DNA of 64,000 bases from Lytechinus pictus (lineage: Eukaryota). A model generated the notes under the pieces. The model was not told the DNA's origin. It made no database searches and saw only the letters and a list, made by a program, of their open reading frames with translations. The position numbers and the translations under genes are program-made. This document shows positions 1-14,727 of the stretch, in pieces (positions within the stretch are counted from its first letter, which is position 1; the number at the start of each line of letters is the position of its first letter). The stretch covers positions 41,852,001 through 41,916,000 of the forward strand of contig NC_087245.1 in NCBI RefSeq assembly GCF_037042905.1. Direction: 5' to 3'.

Positions 1-3000
1 TAGCTTAACGGGGGCCACAGCGAAAGTAGGTTTCCGTTCATATCGTCGCCTTGCGTACGGCACGAACGCCCTTCCATGCACACACTCGCTCACCCACATA
101 CAAATTAACCCTCGCGCACGCTCCCCGACACGTTGGAGCATCTCCGTACAAAATACACACTGATCAAACTTCACCGCGGGCGTGCTGACGCTAAATTGTA
201 GCTATAGGTCACTCACACGTACCAGTCAACTTTCACGCCCAGCGCATGCGTCGTTCCATTCTTACAATTGCGAGAAAGTAACGATCTCTGAGGACCAGTT
301 TTTATTTGTCATGCAAATTATATCTGTCCGTGAAGATGCAACAGTAGCCGGGTTCAATATTTCATTACATTTCGCATCAACATCATTGCTCGCTTCACGC
401 CTATCATTGTTGAAGATTTAAGTTAACAGGCAGGAATAATTTTGTAAATCTTACATCTCATTCGAACCCTTAAAATGTAATTTTTAACAAAACACTTTAT
501 TTTGAAATTTTGAAATTCTTATTTCCTTTGAAAAAGATAATCTTTGTCAACCCCTTCCTCTTTTTCCCCCTCTATCCACCTCCATTTCTCCGCTTTTTTG
601 CCTCTTTTGACTAAATTCAAAATTGAATTTTACATGAAATCATTAGCAATTGGGTTATGTAAGTCTCGTCTATAGATGGGGGAATAAAAAAGGGCCTAAA
701 CTGCTTACACAATATTCATATCATTGCATTTACATCATGTACTCATCAATTTTTTTCCCCTTCCCCACCCTAATCCCTGATTCTCTTTTCCTCTGTATCA
801 ATCCTATCTATCTCTTTCTCTATTTCTCCCTACCTTTACGCTTCCCTTATTACATTGTTAGGCGTATCCCAAATATTGATTTTGCTGATTACATCGAACA
901 ATTGTACAAGTACAGACGTAACGAATCTTCAAAGTAACAATGCTCGCCTAGATGTGTATCACTTACCTTCATCTTGGCATCTCCATGTCTGTTCTTTTGA
1001 TAAACCCCGTTGATCATCTTCAAAATAAAGACAAACCGCAGACGACTTGGTAAGTAAGACGAGTGACCTCGAATGCAATATGCAGTTCTGCTCCATGCAA
1101 TGCTTTCGTAATGTGTGATGGTATCTTACATCATGGCGGTAATGTAAGATTTACACCGATGCAGGGGATTTCTTATAAAATATATAGTATTGATCTCTTT
1201 ATCGAACAACGATGAAAGGACTTCATGTTGTGATATGTCTGACTTGATATACTGTGACACATTATAATCATTACTGATAAGCCTATTCACACGTACACAC
1301 GAAATCAATGATGTTTGATATCTGGTGACGAATCGCTTAACACACCCACACACACCACAATCACAATTGGTTTAGTAAAATGCCGTGGAAATAAAATCGT
1401 TATTCTAAAGAATGAACGGTAAAGTCACACTCTCCGTCAGTACCCATGATGTGACAAAACAAGAGAATTAAAAATCCGTTTCTGAAACAGAGGAATATCT
1501 CCCCCTCTCTCTCTCTCTCCCTCTAACAGATTCAAGAAAATATGTGTGATTTACTGCAAACTACGTATATTACATACATCCCGACGAGTACAGAAGGCCC
1601 AATCTGATTCCTTGTAAATAAAGTGTGTATAAGGTAATCTAATCATCAACTGCAGGAGTAACTTGAGATTAAAGATGTTTGACCTCTAAACAGTTTTGAA
1701 GACAGTACCCTTCCCCAATCTATTGAATGACCGACAAATCTTTTTTGCAGGACTTTGACTCGGAAAAACAAATGCAAGACAACCATAATATATGTTCATC
1801 TGATATGATTTAATAATCCTACAGATTTAAATTCACTCTAATTATCAACCTCCTTATAAGTTGCATTATATACATTTTACAAGAACCGAAAAGAAAAGGA
1901 AATCGTACAGACCATAAATCCATGTCCTGTGACACTATTAATTGATTGATTTCATTGATTTCATTTATTCTTTTACATTCCAAAATTTAACAAAAGTTAC
2001 AATGTAGAGCAAAACACAAAAAATATAATATACAGAAATGAAAAAAAGAGAACCCACTGGAAAGCAAAGCTTGTTAGTATGGGTTCCCTGCAATAAATAG
2101 TGAATTAAAGTATATATTTGATCAATGAAATTCAAATCGTAAATTAAAAAGTTTGTACAATGAAAAAGACATAACAAATGCTGAAAGTGTATTGTCTGAT
2201 ATGATATACCTCGTTCTTCCATATACTATTTAAATGAGCATACTGAAATGCAATGCATATTCATTTTGTTAATTAGGGTTATCGCATTCGATTGTTGGCC
2301 CTTGCATAATACATTGGGATTCTATCTTGAATAATTTACAATTAAAAAACGTCTTATGCATAACATGAGAATACCTCCAAAAAAGTAAATGTCAAAATAC
2401 ATGTTCACACATTGATGTTCATATGATTGGGTATGTCACCGTGTGTGAGGGTGTGTGAGTGTATTGTTTCTGTGTATAATGTGGAAAAGGGAACGAAATT
2501 TCGAAAAGGATAGTTTTATCAACATATACATTTTACACACTTATTATTTGTGTAATATTTTATAATCTGTAAGGGTTGATCCTATGCATGTAAATAGCAA
2601 AATGAAGCTAAATACACAAAGGGAAAGTGGCAGATTGAAATGGATGATTTAGTCAAAAGTTGATGTGGATTTCATCCTTTTCTCTACGAAGAATTCCAAT
2701 GTAAGTACTGCCAACGGATAAAGGAAACCCCTATATCGTTCTACATTTTATTGTCATGCATAACATCGAGCACACATCATGAATACAACTCCTGCAATGT
2801 GAATGCAAATCATCCCTTTAACCATAAAATGTAATTCTCCTAATGTGACTTCTTCAAAGCGAGTAGCGCGGTACATGGAGCAAAAAAGACCGCATCCGGG
2901 AAGACATATATACTGGCAAGCATGACGTTATGTTTGCAAACATAAGCAATGGATTGGATGCTTACGCAGTAGGGCTAAAGCCCAACGATTGATGACTACG

Positions 3001-4440
3001 TGTTGGATACTTGAGCGATCAATTCTAATTAAATTTGCCATGGCCCTTCTTGGGGAGTCTTCCGTAATCTCGGACTAACATCGACTCAAATTAGTTGGTC
3101 GTTCCATTTCACTTGTGTACAGGATGTTACAGCTGATGGCTCCATATCTAGAAATGTCCACGCTTTAAAAGTTCAAATATGACATGGTTTATCAAATTGA
3201 ATATATTTCTACGAGGAAGCAACAAAAACCAGATGTATTTATAAATCGCATACAGTAGCTCTACATAAACAACGTAACCATATAGATGAGTTGTCCTTCA
3301 ATGAATGTAATTGCTTTCGGTAACATTCGCATCAAACTAAGCCTATTTGACTTTACTTACTCAAAAACATATAATTATTCTCCTTTATTCTCTGTAAATT
3401 ATCTATTGTTTCAGGTAGCCAATATTTATTATTTTGCAAGCAAAATTCTACTTAATAGAACAACAACATGAATGTAGTTACCATGCTGAAATCACAAATT
3501 TTGAGGAAAACTCGGTACAATAACTGCTGGGTATATTAAAAGATAATTTCAGTACTAAAGACGTATTTGTAATTTCCCCACACTGTAACAGATCAGTACT
3601 AATTTGGAAAGTATTTCAACCATGAAGGCAATAAAGGTATCGAAATTCCACTTTATATTTTGACAGTTTGTGGATATATTCTGTAATACTTGTTTTCTAA
3701 ACAACAGTAGTCTTATAATAGATGATCTGTACGAAAAGAGAAAAAAGTCAAAGGTTATCAACAGCTAATAATAGGCAATATAAAAGCTTAACATGCTTAA
3801 TGTTTCACTGCCCTTTTCTCTATTCCCCTTAGTATATATTTCATCTGACATGGCTTGATTTCTGTAAACAAAAATAAATTAATAATGATTGATTAAGATA
3901 TAATGTTGCCAGGGTAAATAGCTGATAGGATGTTGTGACGTCGTAATTTACCTACATGTTTTTTTTTTATAGTTGCAATTAAGATTGTGGGGTTTTCTTT
4001 TGAAGAAATGATATTTTACGAATTGGTTTACACAAGTATGATGAATTCTATTTCGTAATTAAACTGGGTTGTTATTGTCACTACACGCATTATCAACAGT
4101 GACTTTTTATTGCCATGTTATATGTATACACAGCAACTGTCCATGAGAGAGAGAAAGAAAGAGAGAGTACAAGGTAATGCACACAGTATAACTCGAGAGT
4201 GAGTCACTTTTATGCATATGTTAAGAGAGCAATTACGTAAAGATAATTAATGATGATTAAATGTGAGTGACCGCCCTGAAAAAGACACGAGGGAGAATGC
4301 TTTATTTTCTAGTAAAAGAATCCACAGGGACTTTGTGTGTTTGTTGGGTTTTTCTGTTGGGTTGTGTTTATATATATATAAAAAATTCAACTGCAGAAAA
4401 CATTTGTCTTTGTTGGATTATTGATGCAAGGAAAGCTCAG

Positions 4441-4598
4441 GGGAGCTTTTCAGCAACATTTTTCGTCCCACAGTTTGTCAGATCTGACAACTTTCCTTGA
4501 TTCTGATTGGCTGAGAAGCACTGACACCATAATAACTGTCGGATAAAACGGGACGTGTGGGATAAAACGTCTGACAAGTGCTTTCCTGAAACGCCCCC
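4441..4598 (+). mobile_element. ~155-bp MITE family A (Harbinger-like), copy 1
   Basis: Termini GGGAGCTTTTCA...TGAAACGCCCCC. Internal TTGTCAGATCTGACAA palindrome, GATTGGCT and TAACTGTCGGATAAAA are shared with five other copies. Confidence 0.8.
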
Positions 4599-5619
4599 TT
4601 TACTACAGCCTTATAACTACAAATCTCCCTTTAATAATTCACAATCCATGATAAATTTGAAAACTTGACAGGTCGCATAATGAAAGTGGTATATGATGAT
4701 AACGTGATGTATTATTGTGTTTAATATGAGGATATTCATCATATTAAATAAACCATAAGGGAGGCAAGAAAATAAGGTGGATTCATAACATCCATTATAA
4801 CGTGACACCCTTTGCTGTGTCCTGTAGCAGTGCATGTTAATTATCTTCTATTGATTATCATAATGCGTCCATTTATAATTCCATGCAGCGCAGCTAGTTA
4901 CAGCTACCCTATTCAAGAAAATAATGGAAGGTATCCTATTAGTGTCGCAATATCATCCGGATTGTTAACTGAATGGGAGTTAGGTGTGGTTATAATCCAT
5001 TATTCATGTTGTTGCATTTCTTGAATGGAAAAATTGGATTCCGAACTTATCGAAATCATGTAGAGTTTGTCATAATATGATATTTTATCCTTTTAGGTGA
5101 ACAATGCACTAATCAACACTAACACACCCTTTGAAAAAATAACAAAAAACTTTCATTACGGAAGTTTTACACACAAAAAACATTTTAAGAAAATGATTAT
5201 GAAATGATATGCGGTGAATGAATAGATCCAACTATCAGACAATCGTTTCGCTAAAATCACCCATCCGCCATCCCTAACGTACAAACTTATTTCCCTTCCA
5301 ATCGTAAAAAAGATTGAATGGTTTTTGATTAATTTCATTTGTATTTTCTTATCACTGTACAATTTCCTTCAAAACGCAACAGTTAAGCAATTAGCTCAAT
5401 TACAGGTAAGGAAAAGAGGAGGCTCTGAGTTCTTGCTTTTCTTCTTAATTCCGTCATGTCCGTTGTTTAGCAAACCCGACAAGCTGATAGTAGATCTATT
5501 GCATTAAGTGAGTTCACTACCATGTACAAGATGGCTGTTGCAATTACTTACTACTACTTATCTACAGAAGACATGAAAGGCTTGGGCAGAAATTAGTGCT
5601 AAATCATTCGTGATGTGTG

Positions 5620-5622
<3 letters not shown>

Positions 5623-5660
<38 letters not shown>
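5623..5660. repeat. (GT)n microsatellite
   Basis: Pure GT run. Confidence 0.95.
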
Positions 5661-5661
<1 letters not shown>

Positions 5662-5813
5662 TCATTAATGGTCCATATGCTTCTGGATGAAGTTTAAACG
5701 CATTTGTATGTTTTGGGGAGTGTGAGCAAATTTCATAATCCTAATAATTGATTCGAAATTTATCCGTTTTTGAATTATTCCTTTTTTTCTGCATTAAATT
5801 AATTTCTATTATA

Positions 5814-6065
5814 CACTGTTAAGAAGGATTGTTCGAAATAGCCGACGTAGTAATGGATATATTGTGTCCGACCGATGTCGTTATCAACCAATTTATTGGT
5901 TAGTATCTACGCTCTGAATTTTAAGGATTTAAAATAATTCCAGATCGGCTGTGAAAATTATATTTTTAAATCCACAAGATCTAAATCTAACATTCGGCTG
6001 GTCACTATTCAGAATACCATTCACAGTCGATTTGGAATTATTTAAAATCCTTTGAAAGTCGAGTG
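5814..6065. mobile_element. Possible decayed CACT...AGTG MITE
   Basis: TA|CACTGTTAAGAAGGATT ... AATCCTTTGAAAGTCGAGTG|TA. The inverted ends are weak. Confidence 0.3.
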
Positions 6066-7018
6066 TACCAGAATGTTAAGTTGACATTCATCATTTTAAT
6101 CAGACGGACACATATTGGTTAAGTTGGCAAATCATCATCTTTAAGAGTGTATACGAAAAGGAAAATGGCGGTCTGAACCGAAACTATATATCAGACATGG
6201 AAATGCGTAACGGACTGTATACTATTACCAATCCTACAGAGAATTGATAGATACGATACAATTCACACTTGATCGATGATATCGAATCGACCACTATTGT
6301 GTAGCAGAAGGCATCATCCGCCGAGAACAAAACGATAGCAGTTCATGCCCGCTCTGTGTTATTCAATACTGTCAATATCTCTTTGTCTTCCTTGAATATT
6401 TGACGTTTTTTGTTTTCCTCTTCGTTACACGCACTACTGGTCAGACAATCACGTGTGTATCGTATTTTCCCGCCCCTCCTTTCTCAGTGTCCCCCTCCCA
6501 CAGTAATACATAAGTTCTCACTTTTTCACAAATTTCTCTCCCCCGCCCCCACCCCCCCCCCTCTCTCTCTCTCTCTCGCTTGGAACGTCAATGTTCTACT
6601 CTTAAGTCAAATAATTATGTTTATTTATCAAAATTCAGATAAAAAAAACAGAAAGTGAGATCGATATATATGTACTGTACGACAACTGTAGTTATAAATG
6701 AAAGAAAGCAAAAACTTTATTTAATTCCCTTAATGAAATTAAAGGTAAGGAATTTGAAATAGTTTAAAATACATGAAACAAACCTAACAGAAATGGGGTC
6801 GTTAGGACTGTTGTTGACAAGGGGGTGATACAGGGATCATTATCAGTATTAATCATTGTCTAGGTCATATACTACGCCTTTTATATGTTCTTTTAAGAAA
6901 CTGTACGGGAGGGACAAACAAATGAGTCTTGAATATCAAGTCAAGTGTGTTTTCCATTCAGCTACGACACACCCAATGTTGTAACCAGTTTGCTTTTTAT
7001 TGAATATCAATCTTTCGT

Positions 7019-7470
7019 GGATTTGTGGGTCAGTGGATAAGTCTCCGGATTTTTAACAGTCCGTAGCTCGAATACCACGATGACTCCCGCGTCCTGAAGC
7101 AGGGTGTAATATATATACATCTACCACTCTCAAGCCAGGTGTAGTAAATGGGTACCCGGTAGGAAGGAATTCCTTGAATGTTCGAGTACCTCCTGATCAT
7201 GGAGTCTGTGCTAAAGCCGGGTACTGCACTGTAAAAAAGGATTTGCTAATTTAGCGCTTACAGTGCTGATTTTCTAGTTTAAATGTGAACTTAAAATCAG
7301 CACTCGTAGTGCAGTCACTATACAAGCAATGTAAGTGTTAAATTAACACTTCATCTTTTACAGTGTAGTATGCAGCGCTTACATGGCTTAGAAAGACTGT
7401 ATTAAGCGTTTTATAAATATTTTCATCATTATTAGTATCATTATTGTTATTATTATTATTATTATCATTA
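7019..7470 (+). mobile_element. tRNA-derived SINE with CORE-like centre and L2-like tail, interrupted by a MITE
   Basis: Decayed A box (gtgggtcagtggataagtctccgga). Body ccactctcaagccaggtgtagtaaatgggtacccggtaggaaggaattccttgaatg is shared with the 55181 and 31271 copies. Tail tagtatgcagcgctta...taagcgttttataaat followed by (ATT)n. Confidence 0.8.
7227..7365. mobile_element. CACT...AGTG MITE nested in a SINE
   Basis: CACTGTAAAA...TTTTACAGTG, flanked by TG/TA. Absent at the homologous position of the SINE copy at ~55300. Confidence 0.8.
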
Positions 7471-8289
7471 TTATAAATAATCTTGTTAAAGTATAATTTT
7501 CTTGATATTTATTCCTTTAATGATGGAAAGATCCCTCTACACATACAATTGACCAAAATTCCAGACGCACTGTATCAACTCTTGTCCCAGTTATATCTAA
7601 CCCTGTTTGAGAAATAATATGTGTGCTATTTTTGCCTCGACCTCATATCGAGACCCCGGCAATGCCCTCCAGAATTTAGGCCTTTTCTCCGCCTGGCGGT
7701 TCGAGCTCTCTGAGTTGACCGCTTCATGCTTCCCAGCCTAAATAAAAAGCAGATAGCTTAATTTGGTAAACTAATACGGGACAAATTGGCGGGTTATTAT
7801 AAAAGTAAAGATGTCGGCAGATCACGAACCGATCACAAGAGCTTACTCTGTCGAGATTATCACAAAAAAAGGTTACGGGGTACATTGCCTCCCTCGTCAT
7901 CCCCCAAAAATAGCATTACAAAACGATATTTCTATATTTTAATAGTCCTTTAATCGATTCTTGATATAATATGTTTACATTCGGCAAAAATATCTCCAAG
8001 ATAGAAGCTGAAAAATACTTGTAAGGATCAACTTTGATATTATAAATCTATATAAAACTATGTTTAAATTTAGCGAGTGTCAGTTTAAAATGAATAAAAT
8101 ATAATGATGTACAATGAATTCGAAGAGGAAATGAAATTATACTGTAGTCTCAATTAGTTAAATGATTTAAAGGTCTTATGACAACTGTTTAACATCAATC
8201 TTGATCGTATAGGTGCAATTGAAATATTGGTAATAGCTAGGCTAAGGTAACATGAACGTGCTTGCGAGTTTCAGTTTCAACAGACGTGT

Positions 8290-8385
8290 ATCAATCAGAT
8301 ATGATTAGTTACGTCTGGGCCCAAACTTTAAAGTCACCATCAGAAATACGTGACCAGGGCTCGAACCCCGAACCTCTGCATCACT
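8290..8385 (-). mobile_element. Possible SINE fragment
   Basis: Minus-strand B-box-like cagaggttcggggttcgagccctggtcacg. No clear A box. Confidence 0.3.
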
Positions 8386-11300
8386 TTGTAACTTCCCCAA
8401 TGTAGCTTGTATAGACCTTTCATTTCTTTCATTATATGATAGGCATATTTCAAAGCAAGATATAACATATACATGCCTTACATAGCAGGATGAAGAAATT
8501 AAATTATACCAGGTGACTAGAATAGCACAGCAATGAACACTCCATGAGGGTATTTTGTTGCTTTTCTACTTTGAATGCATATTATAGCATGCTGTACAAT
8601 GTACTTTTTTTGTATTTAAATGATGTTTTATTGGTCACTTCAAGATACATTCATTCAATACAGTTGAATACAATGTACTTGGCAAACTATGAAATACCAG
8701 TCGTTCGTGGACGCATTTTTGTTCTATGTGGATGTAAATGAAAAACACAATTCAAAAGAATATATGAATAATCGAGACACCAAAGTTCGTGCTTATCTCA
8801 TTAAATTTTAAACCACCATGTCACTTAAGTACCAATGACCTTCCTCTGATCATGCGCAGAATGGAACTACGAACTGGCTTATTACAGGCGCATGCCCGAC
8901 ACAGCACCCAGTTGTAATCTGCATATAACTGCGACCCATCTGACATTCAGTGGGTTGTATTTGATTTAAGAAAGACTAGACAAAACAGACCTTGCTTTCA
9001 GTCTCACTTCTCTGTATGCACTGAAAAGCATGGCGTCTAGTAATGGGGCAACAGTCCTTTATCTGGAGTATGAAAGGTGTGATCCCTTGGGTCGTGCTAT
9101 TGACACGGTCGCACACTTGGATTTGTGCCCGAGACTGGTTCGTATTGATATTACGCCCCTTGAAGAACACGTTTGCTTAAGCCTATGGAAGTGATTTTGA
9201 TTCAACAATGGATATATTAGCAGTGGAGGCCTGGATGACCTTTAGAACAATTAAGACATCTGAATTTAATTCATTTTACCATGTTTTACTGAATAAAAGT
9301 AGCGGCATGAAACATAAATTCACTACACGTTGTGTATACGTACTATATATCAACAGTGATTGTTGTTTCAGAAATGGGCAAACGTAGGCGCACTCATATA
9401 CCTGAATCTCGAAATGGATCATCACAATTGAGCATCAGTCTTGCAAAATGTGAACAGTATACACATTGCGATGACGAGAGAGTGATACCAGTGCTCCATA
9501 GATTTCGGAAAAATGTTGGTTGCTATTACTCAAGCATTTATTTTGCTTACATAGTTTGCCACTGCAATTGGTTTTCACTACTTTGTCTTATCCTTAAATT
9601 GTATTCATGTCTAAATTTTGTTATGGCACTGTTATAAATAAATTTGTCACATTGCAATGTACTTTGATGTCATACCACGATTAGGTTTATGTATTGTAAA
9701 TTTATTTTGACTTTACCCAACATCTTGCTTTAAAGAAGTATATGATTTGACAGTTGAGTGGGTCGATCCAGGACCTCTCATTTTATAGAAAAATCACACG
9801 TTGCCTCCATAAGACGATGTATTCTACGTTTATACCTCAATGGGTTGAATGAAAAACTCTACATACCGAAATGTTTAGTGTGCAGACACCAAATTTCATT
9901 AGGGTTCAAAATAATAGGTTACGTTTATTTAAAATATGAATCACTATACATTTTATAGTAAAAATTGATTCATAAACTATTATGAATGACATCAATCATT
10001 GCAGTGGGCGCGCGTTGGACATGTAGTGTGAAACACAGACATCGTCATTTCAAGATCTTTCTATAAATATGACATATCCCTATGTGGTTACAAGAATAAT
10101 ATATCTTAACTTAGAATACTTATCATTTTCATCAATCGGCAATAACGAAAGGGCATCCCACAATTCGAGGACAATTAAGGCTCACAAAATATAATTGAAT
10201 GTAGGCATAATCATAGTACGTAGAAATCTAATCACTTTCTCTTGTACAGATGGCACAGATGAGTCAATTTCATTGATACGTTGCTGATGTGCTTTCTGTT
10301 AGACTACTGGTATTTAGATGATTCATATTTCAAACATATTTACGTAATTCAGTTTTTAACCTTGCTGCATTGACGGGCATAGAATTGCCATTGGTGCGAT
10401 ATTTTGTACCGTATAACGAGTTTGATTTGGATGAAGAGCATTATGTATGAAAGCACGCGTAGCCTACACACATCAGAAGCGAATCGAGCCAAAGGGCCAA
10501 TCCTACTGCTAACGCTATTAATTGCCAACCGATGAGAGATTTGAAGCGTATTTCAGAGTGTTAGACCGTACACAGAAAGCTCTTGATGGGACTATGATGA
10601 GTCGTTACGAGTCACTTCAAAGGAAGGCGACCGAATGATATTCCTTTTTTTTGTGCTGGGTCAATGTTAGATCCAAAATACAGCAGAAATACAATCAGTA
10701 AAGAAAAAATGAAGGTTAACATTTTCGAAATTTAATTTTTCAAATGTTTTCTATCAAATAGGGAATAGCCAAGGAGTGAAACAGAATCATGACCCCAAAT
10801 TTTTTTTATTTAAATTTTATCATGTTTCATTTTTATATTGATTTGTCATTAATGTAATATAATTTATCTGTAGGCTAATTTCACGTCACATATGCCTAAT
10901 TATCTCATCAATTACAAATTACCTATCTTATGTTTCCATCAAATTGTAAATCTTCCCCTGTATCGGCTCATTTTCCTCTATTCATTACATTTCTGTCGGT
11001 TGAATAACGAGTGTTTACCAATCTTTATTGCCGAACGCGACGGAAGACGATACACTGCAGCTATCGATTACCCGAATAATGTTTGTTAACGCAGTGATTG
11101 AGTACATACGAGTGCAATATCATGCATAAATGATTCGAACAGGAAAGAGTGGTTCGTTGCTTGGGCAGGAAAACGGCTGTTGCATGTATTTTATGTCAGA
11201 TGAAAATAAAAAGAGAGGTCGATTTGTTTAGAACGCAATCTTCAGAGACGAAGATGTCAACGTCTCGAAAGTTTCTGAATTACATCCAAACAAGGCGTTT

Positions 11301-14300
11301 TATTATTTATTCATTTATAGTTTATTTATTCATTCATTCAGTCAGTTAGTCTTTGGTTTATTTATTTATTAATTATATTTTACTTTATCTTGCTTTATTA
11401 TATTTTATTTCATTTATCTATACCTTTCTTTTTATTTTATTAAATTTTACATTATTTTTTTTGTTTATCTATTTAATTATTTCTTTTTTTTTAAAGGTTT
11501 TTAGGGGGGGTTAACGGTAGTTTGCTTTGATAAACCTAATCATTATCCATCATAATAAATGGGGGCTGTTCGCGACACTAGTTTACTAACTTTATAATTA
11601 TTCTTCATCTTTATACTTAATAATTTATTCACATTTCATCTGATAATTGGTGGATATTTTCAAATTGCCATATAATCGCTGGTCATAAAATTTTCGAATT
11701 TGAAAAAGATATTTGAATATTTGGAATTGAATTCCAGGAAGCTGTTTTTTTTTTTTACTTAAGTCATACAACCAATTTAATCGTAAATTTTAAAGTAAAA
11801 ATACAAGTTTTATATAACAACTTGTAATTACGTACAGCGCAAGCTTTATATACATGTTTGTCATGCAATATACACTCGGTACGCATCCAGGAATTCTACA
11901 TACCGTCACACAAGTGATCGTCTTACTCACTATTATAGCTTCCAACGTCTTGGCATGTTGACTGTACAGCAATTATGCCCAATGTTCATTCTTTAGTTTA
12001 TTCGGCTGTGTAAATTGACTGGAATGACCGGAGGACGGGATAAGATAAATGAATAAAATTCAATTGCGTAAGAGACATTATGATCCAAAGATTACGCGGA
12101 GTGGGAAGTGACTTAATATCTTCATAAGATAAACCATTGATTACTCGTACATACAGCAATATCATGTCAATATTCATGACGACATTGGATGATAGGAATA
12201 ATGAATTCCATTGGCATTTTTTTTATTTGAGTATAAAAATCCGATCGTCCCTTTTTGAATAACTGTGAGTTTCTTTATTCCCTAGACATTATTATTAATA
12301 CTTATTTTTCATACATTTTTCATATAATGTTTGTTTTTCAAATGTGTGCATCGACAATTATTGTTATGAATTTATTATTGTTATGAATGTATTTTTTGTA
12401 TGTGTATATACTTATATACTTTGTTTGTATGTGTGTGTAAATTATGTAAGGAAACTAAGTTTAGGGGCTTGCCTTTCATACACACCCTCCCTTTTACTTT
12501 AGATTACGAAAATCATCTGAACAAGCTCTATTTAATTATGTTCACCCAAACTACAACTATTTTATATATGATATAATGTTTTTTTTTTTGTAATATCGCT
12601 TTGTTATGTTGTATTCATTATATTATGTACAACATTGTGAAACGGAAATCAATAAATGAAATGAAATATACCAGATTGTTACACGCTGTTGCTTGTCGAT
12701 TAGATGATGCCCAAAATGTCCGAGCTGTCTTTTGTCTAAGACCCTCAGTCCCTGTAAACATAAGCCTTGGTCTCACGGGTCGACGTCTAATCGTTCCCAT
12801 ATGGTATCGTGAACTACGTAACATTCTCTGATAACCCCTTTCCCGGATATGCTCTCTGAATTGCTTATTTTGTTCGATGGGTGGGGGAGGTGGGGTGGGG
12901 AGAGGGTCGTTTTCACAGCAACAACAACATCAGTTAAACGCTTGCCAGGAACAGTGCACTCTGTTATCTTCGGTAACCTTTAGCGCATGATTAACGCCTT
13001 GAACGTGAAAGAGGGACTGTCAAGTCATAAATCAGTATACCCAATGGAAGTATTAGAAAAAAATCATATCTATATTGTGCAAGCTATGTTATTCCCTACA
13101 AAATAAAAAACGCTAACAAACAATTTTAACAAATACAGAAACAGCGTAGAAAATTTAGCACCATTACTGACGGATTAACAGGCACCCCTTTGATATAAAT
13201 AGAAATGTTAAAAATAAATCAAAATAAATAATAGAAAAGTATTATTAGGATTATACATGTATGAATTATACACCAACAAAACACAGCAAGAACTGTAACA
13301 CATTTTGGCTTCCTAATAATATACTACCCTTTTCTTTGCTGCTAAATATTCTTCATCAATCAAATGAGAAGAGACTCTTCGTGTATTTACACCAAAGTTA
13401 ATCAACCTCCAATTCGTTGCGAGTACAGATACGAGGCCTCGCATCGATCTGGTTTAATAATTAATGAAACGGAGCTTTTCGTTTCGACGATAACAACCAA
13501 GTTCACGGTCGCCAGCCTCCAAGAGGATAAACATAGCGCAGAAGTAGCTGTAATGTTGTGATAAAACGAAATTGTAACATTTGGACCCTTTCAATCAATA
13601 GCATCAGTGACGTCAATATTATGCCCTTGTGATATATGCCGTTTGCAGTATTACTTTATGGGATTGGGACAGGTCATTATGACGTAATACCGTGATGTTC
13701 GGTATACGTAATATTTTTCTAGGGCCCTCCAGTATTTGCTTTATGACGTCATAGTTTCCATCGGTTCTCGTGCCACTGCTGTTTCGTTTCCCAATGATCA
13801 CGAGGGAATGCCTGATTCTCTATAAGCTAGGTCACACCAGCATCACGGACTCCAAACTGACCGGTTGTTTGTCATTGGGAATAACATAATGGCTTTGGTC
13901 TTTCTGGAGTCGCTTCCTATGGGTGTGGCTGCGGGATGCATGATTCAGAGGAAATGAAATTCTTCGAAGCCGCGGTGCGCCATTTGTACTTAATAATGTA
14001 CCATGTTTGCCATAATATGGCTGTGATTTTAAGATGTGACGCACTACCCAGAAAAAATAATCAAATTAATGAGAAATGCAGGAAATTTTCTAGACAAATT
14101 AATAACCCTTCCAGGTATGGGCAAAGCCTATAATATGAAAAGAAACATCATCAGTATTGTCCTTCAAGTCTTCACAATCGATTTGTTATCGCCATCATTT
14201 ATAATTTGGAAACAAACATTGCGTGAAGCTCCATTCAGTCCAAAAATGCAATGAGGCAGTTTTACCATTTCATTTTTTGTGTAGGCCTACTGCCCTTCTT

Positions 14301-14467
14301 GCACAAGTTGGGTTGTTGATTGTATTTTGTTCTCTGACGAACCATTCGTACTTAGGATAAACATAATTCAAATTCCATCTCAAACGTATTTATTTATGGT
14401 TAGGATAAGTGTTGGTTATGGTGGTGGATGTGCACTGCAGAGCTCTGTGAATGGTGGACTACTTACT

Positions 14468-14727
14468 CCCTAACTACAAAACAGCCAATCAAATCTCTAA
14501 TCTCACTCATCCGTGTAATACTAGGGACCAATCCATTTGGAGTGAACTGTACGTCATTATTAATGCATTATTGCTTCTTCATGAGTGTGCACCTGTTTAG
14601 ACATTTTCACTCGAAAAAGAGGTGAATACACTCTCAAAAGATGCATATCTCACTCCAAAAGGACTGGTCCCTTGTCTCACCCTTGGAGGATTGAATAGGG
14701 ATCAGATTAGCTTTTTTGTATTTAGTG
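14468..14727. mobile_element. Decayed long-TIR MITE
   Basis: ~75-bp imperfect inverted arms. AGGGACCAATCCATTTGGAGTGA (14523) pairs with TCACTCCAAAAGGACTGGTCCCT (14650) at 21/23. Confidence 0.6.

Noticed and set aside
8972..9193. Stop-free + strand stretch (RLDKTDLAFS...LSLWK*) and the ORFs at 50200-50498
   Set aside because: No family similarity recognised, and the lengths are within chance expectation.
11225..11280. Hammerhead-like fragments (tcttcag...gaagatg...cgaaag); also CTGATGATAACGAAA on the minus strand near 40525-40540
   Set aside because: Catalytic core incomplete or stem II too short, and stems I/III not evident.
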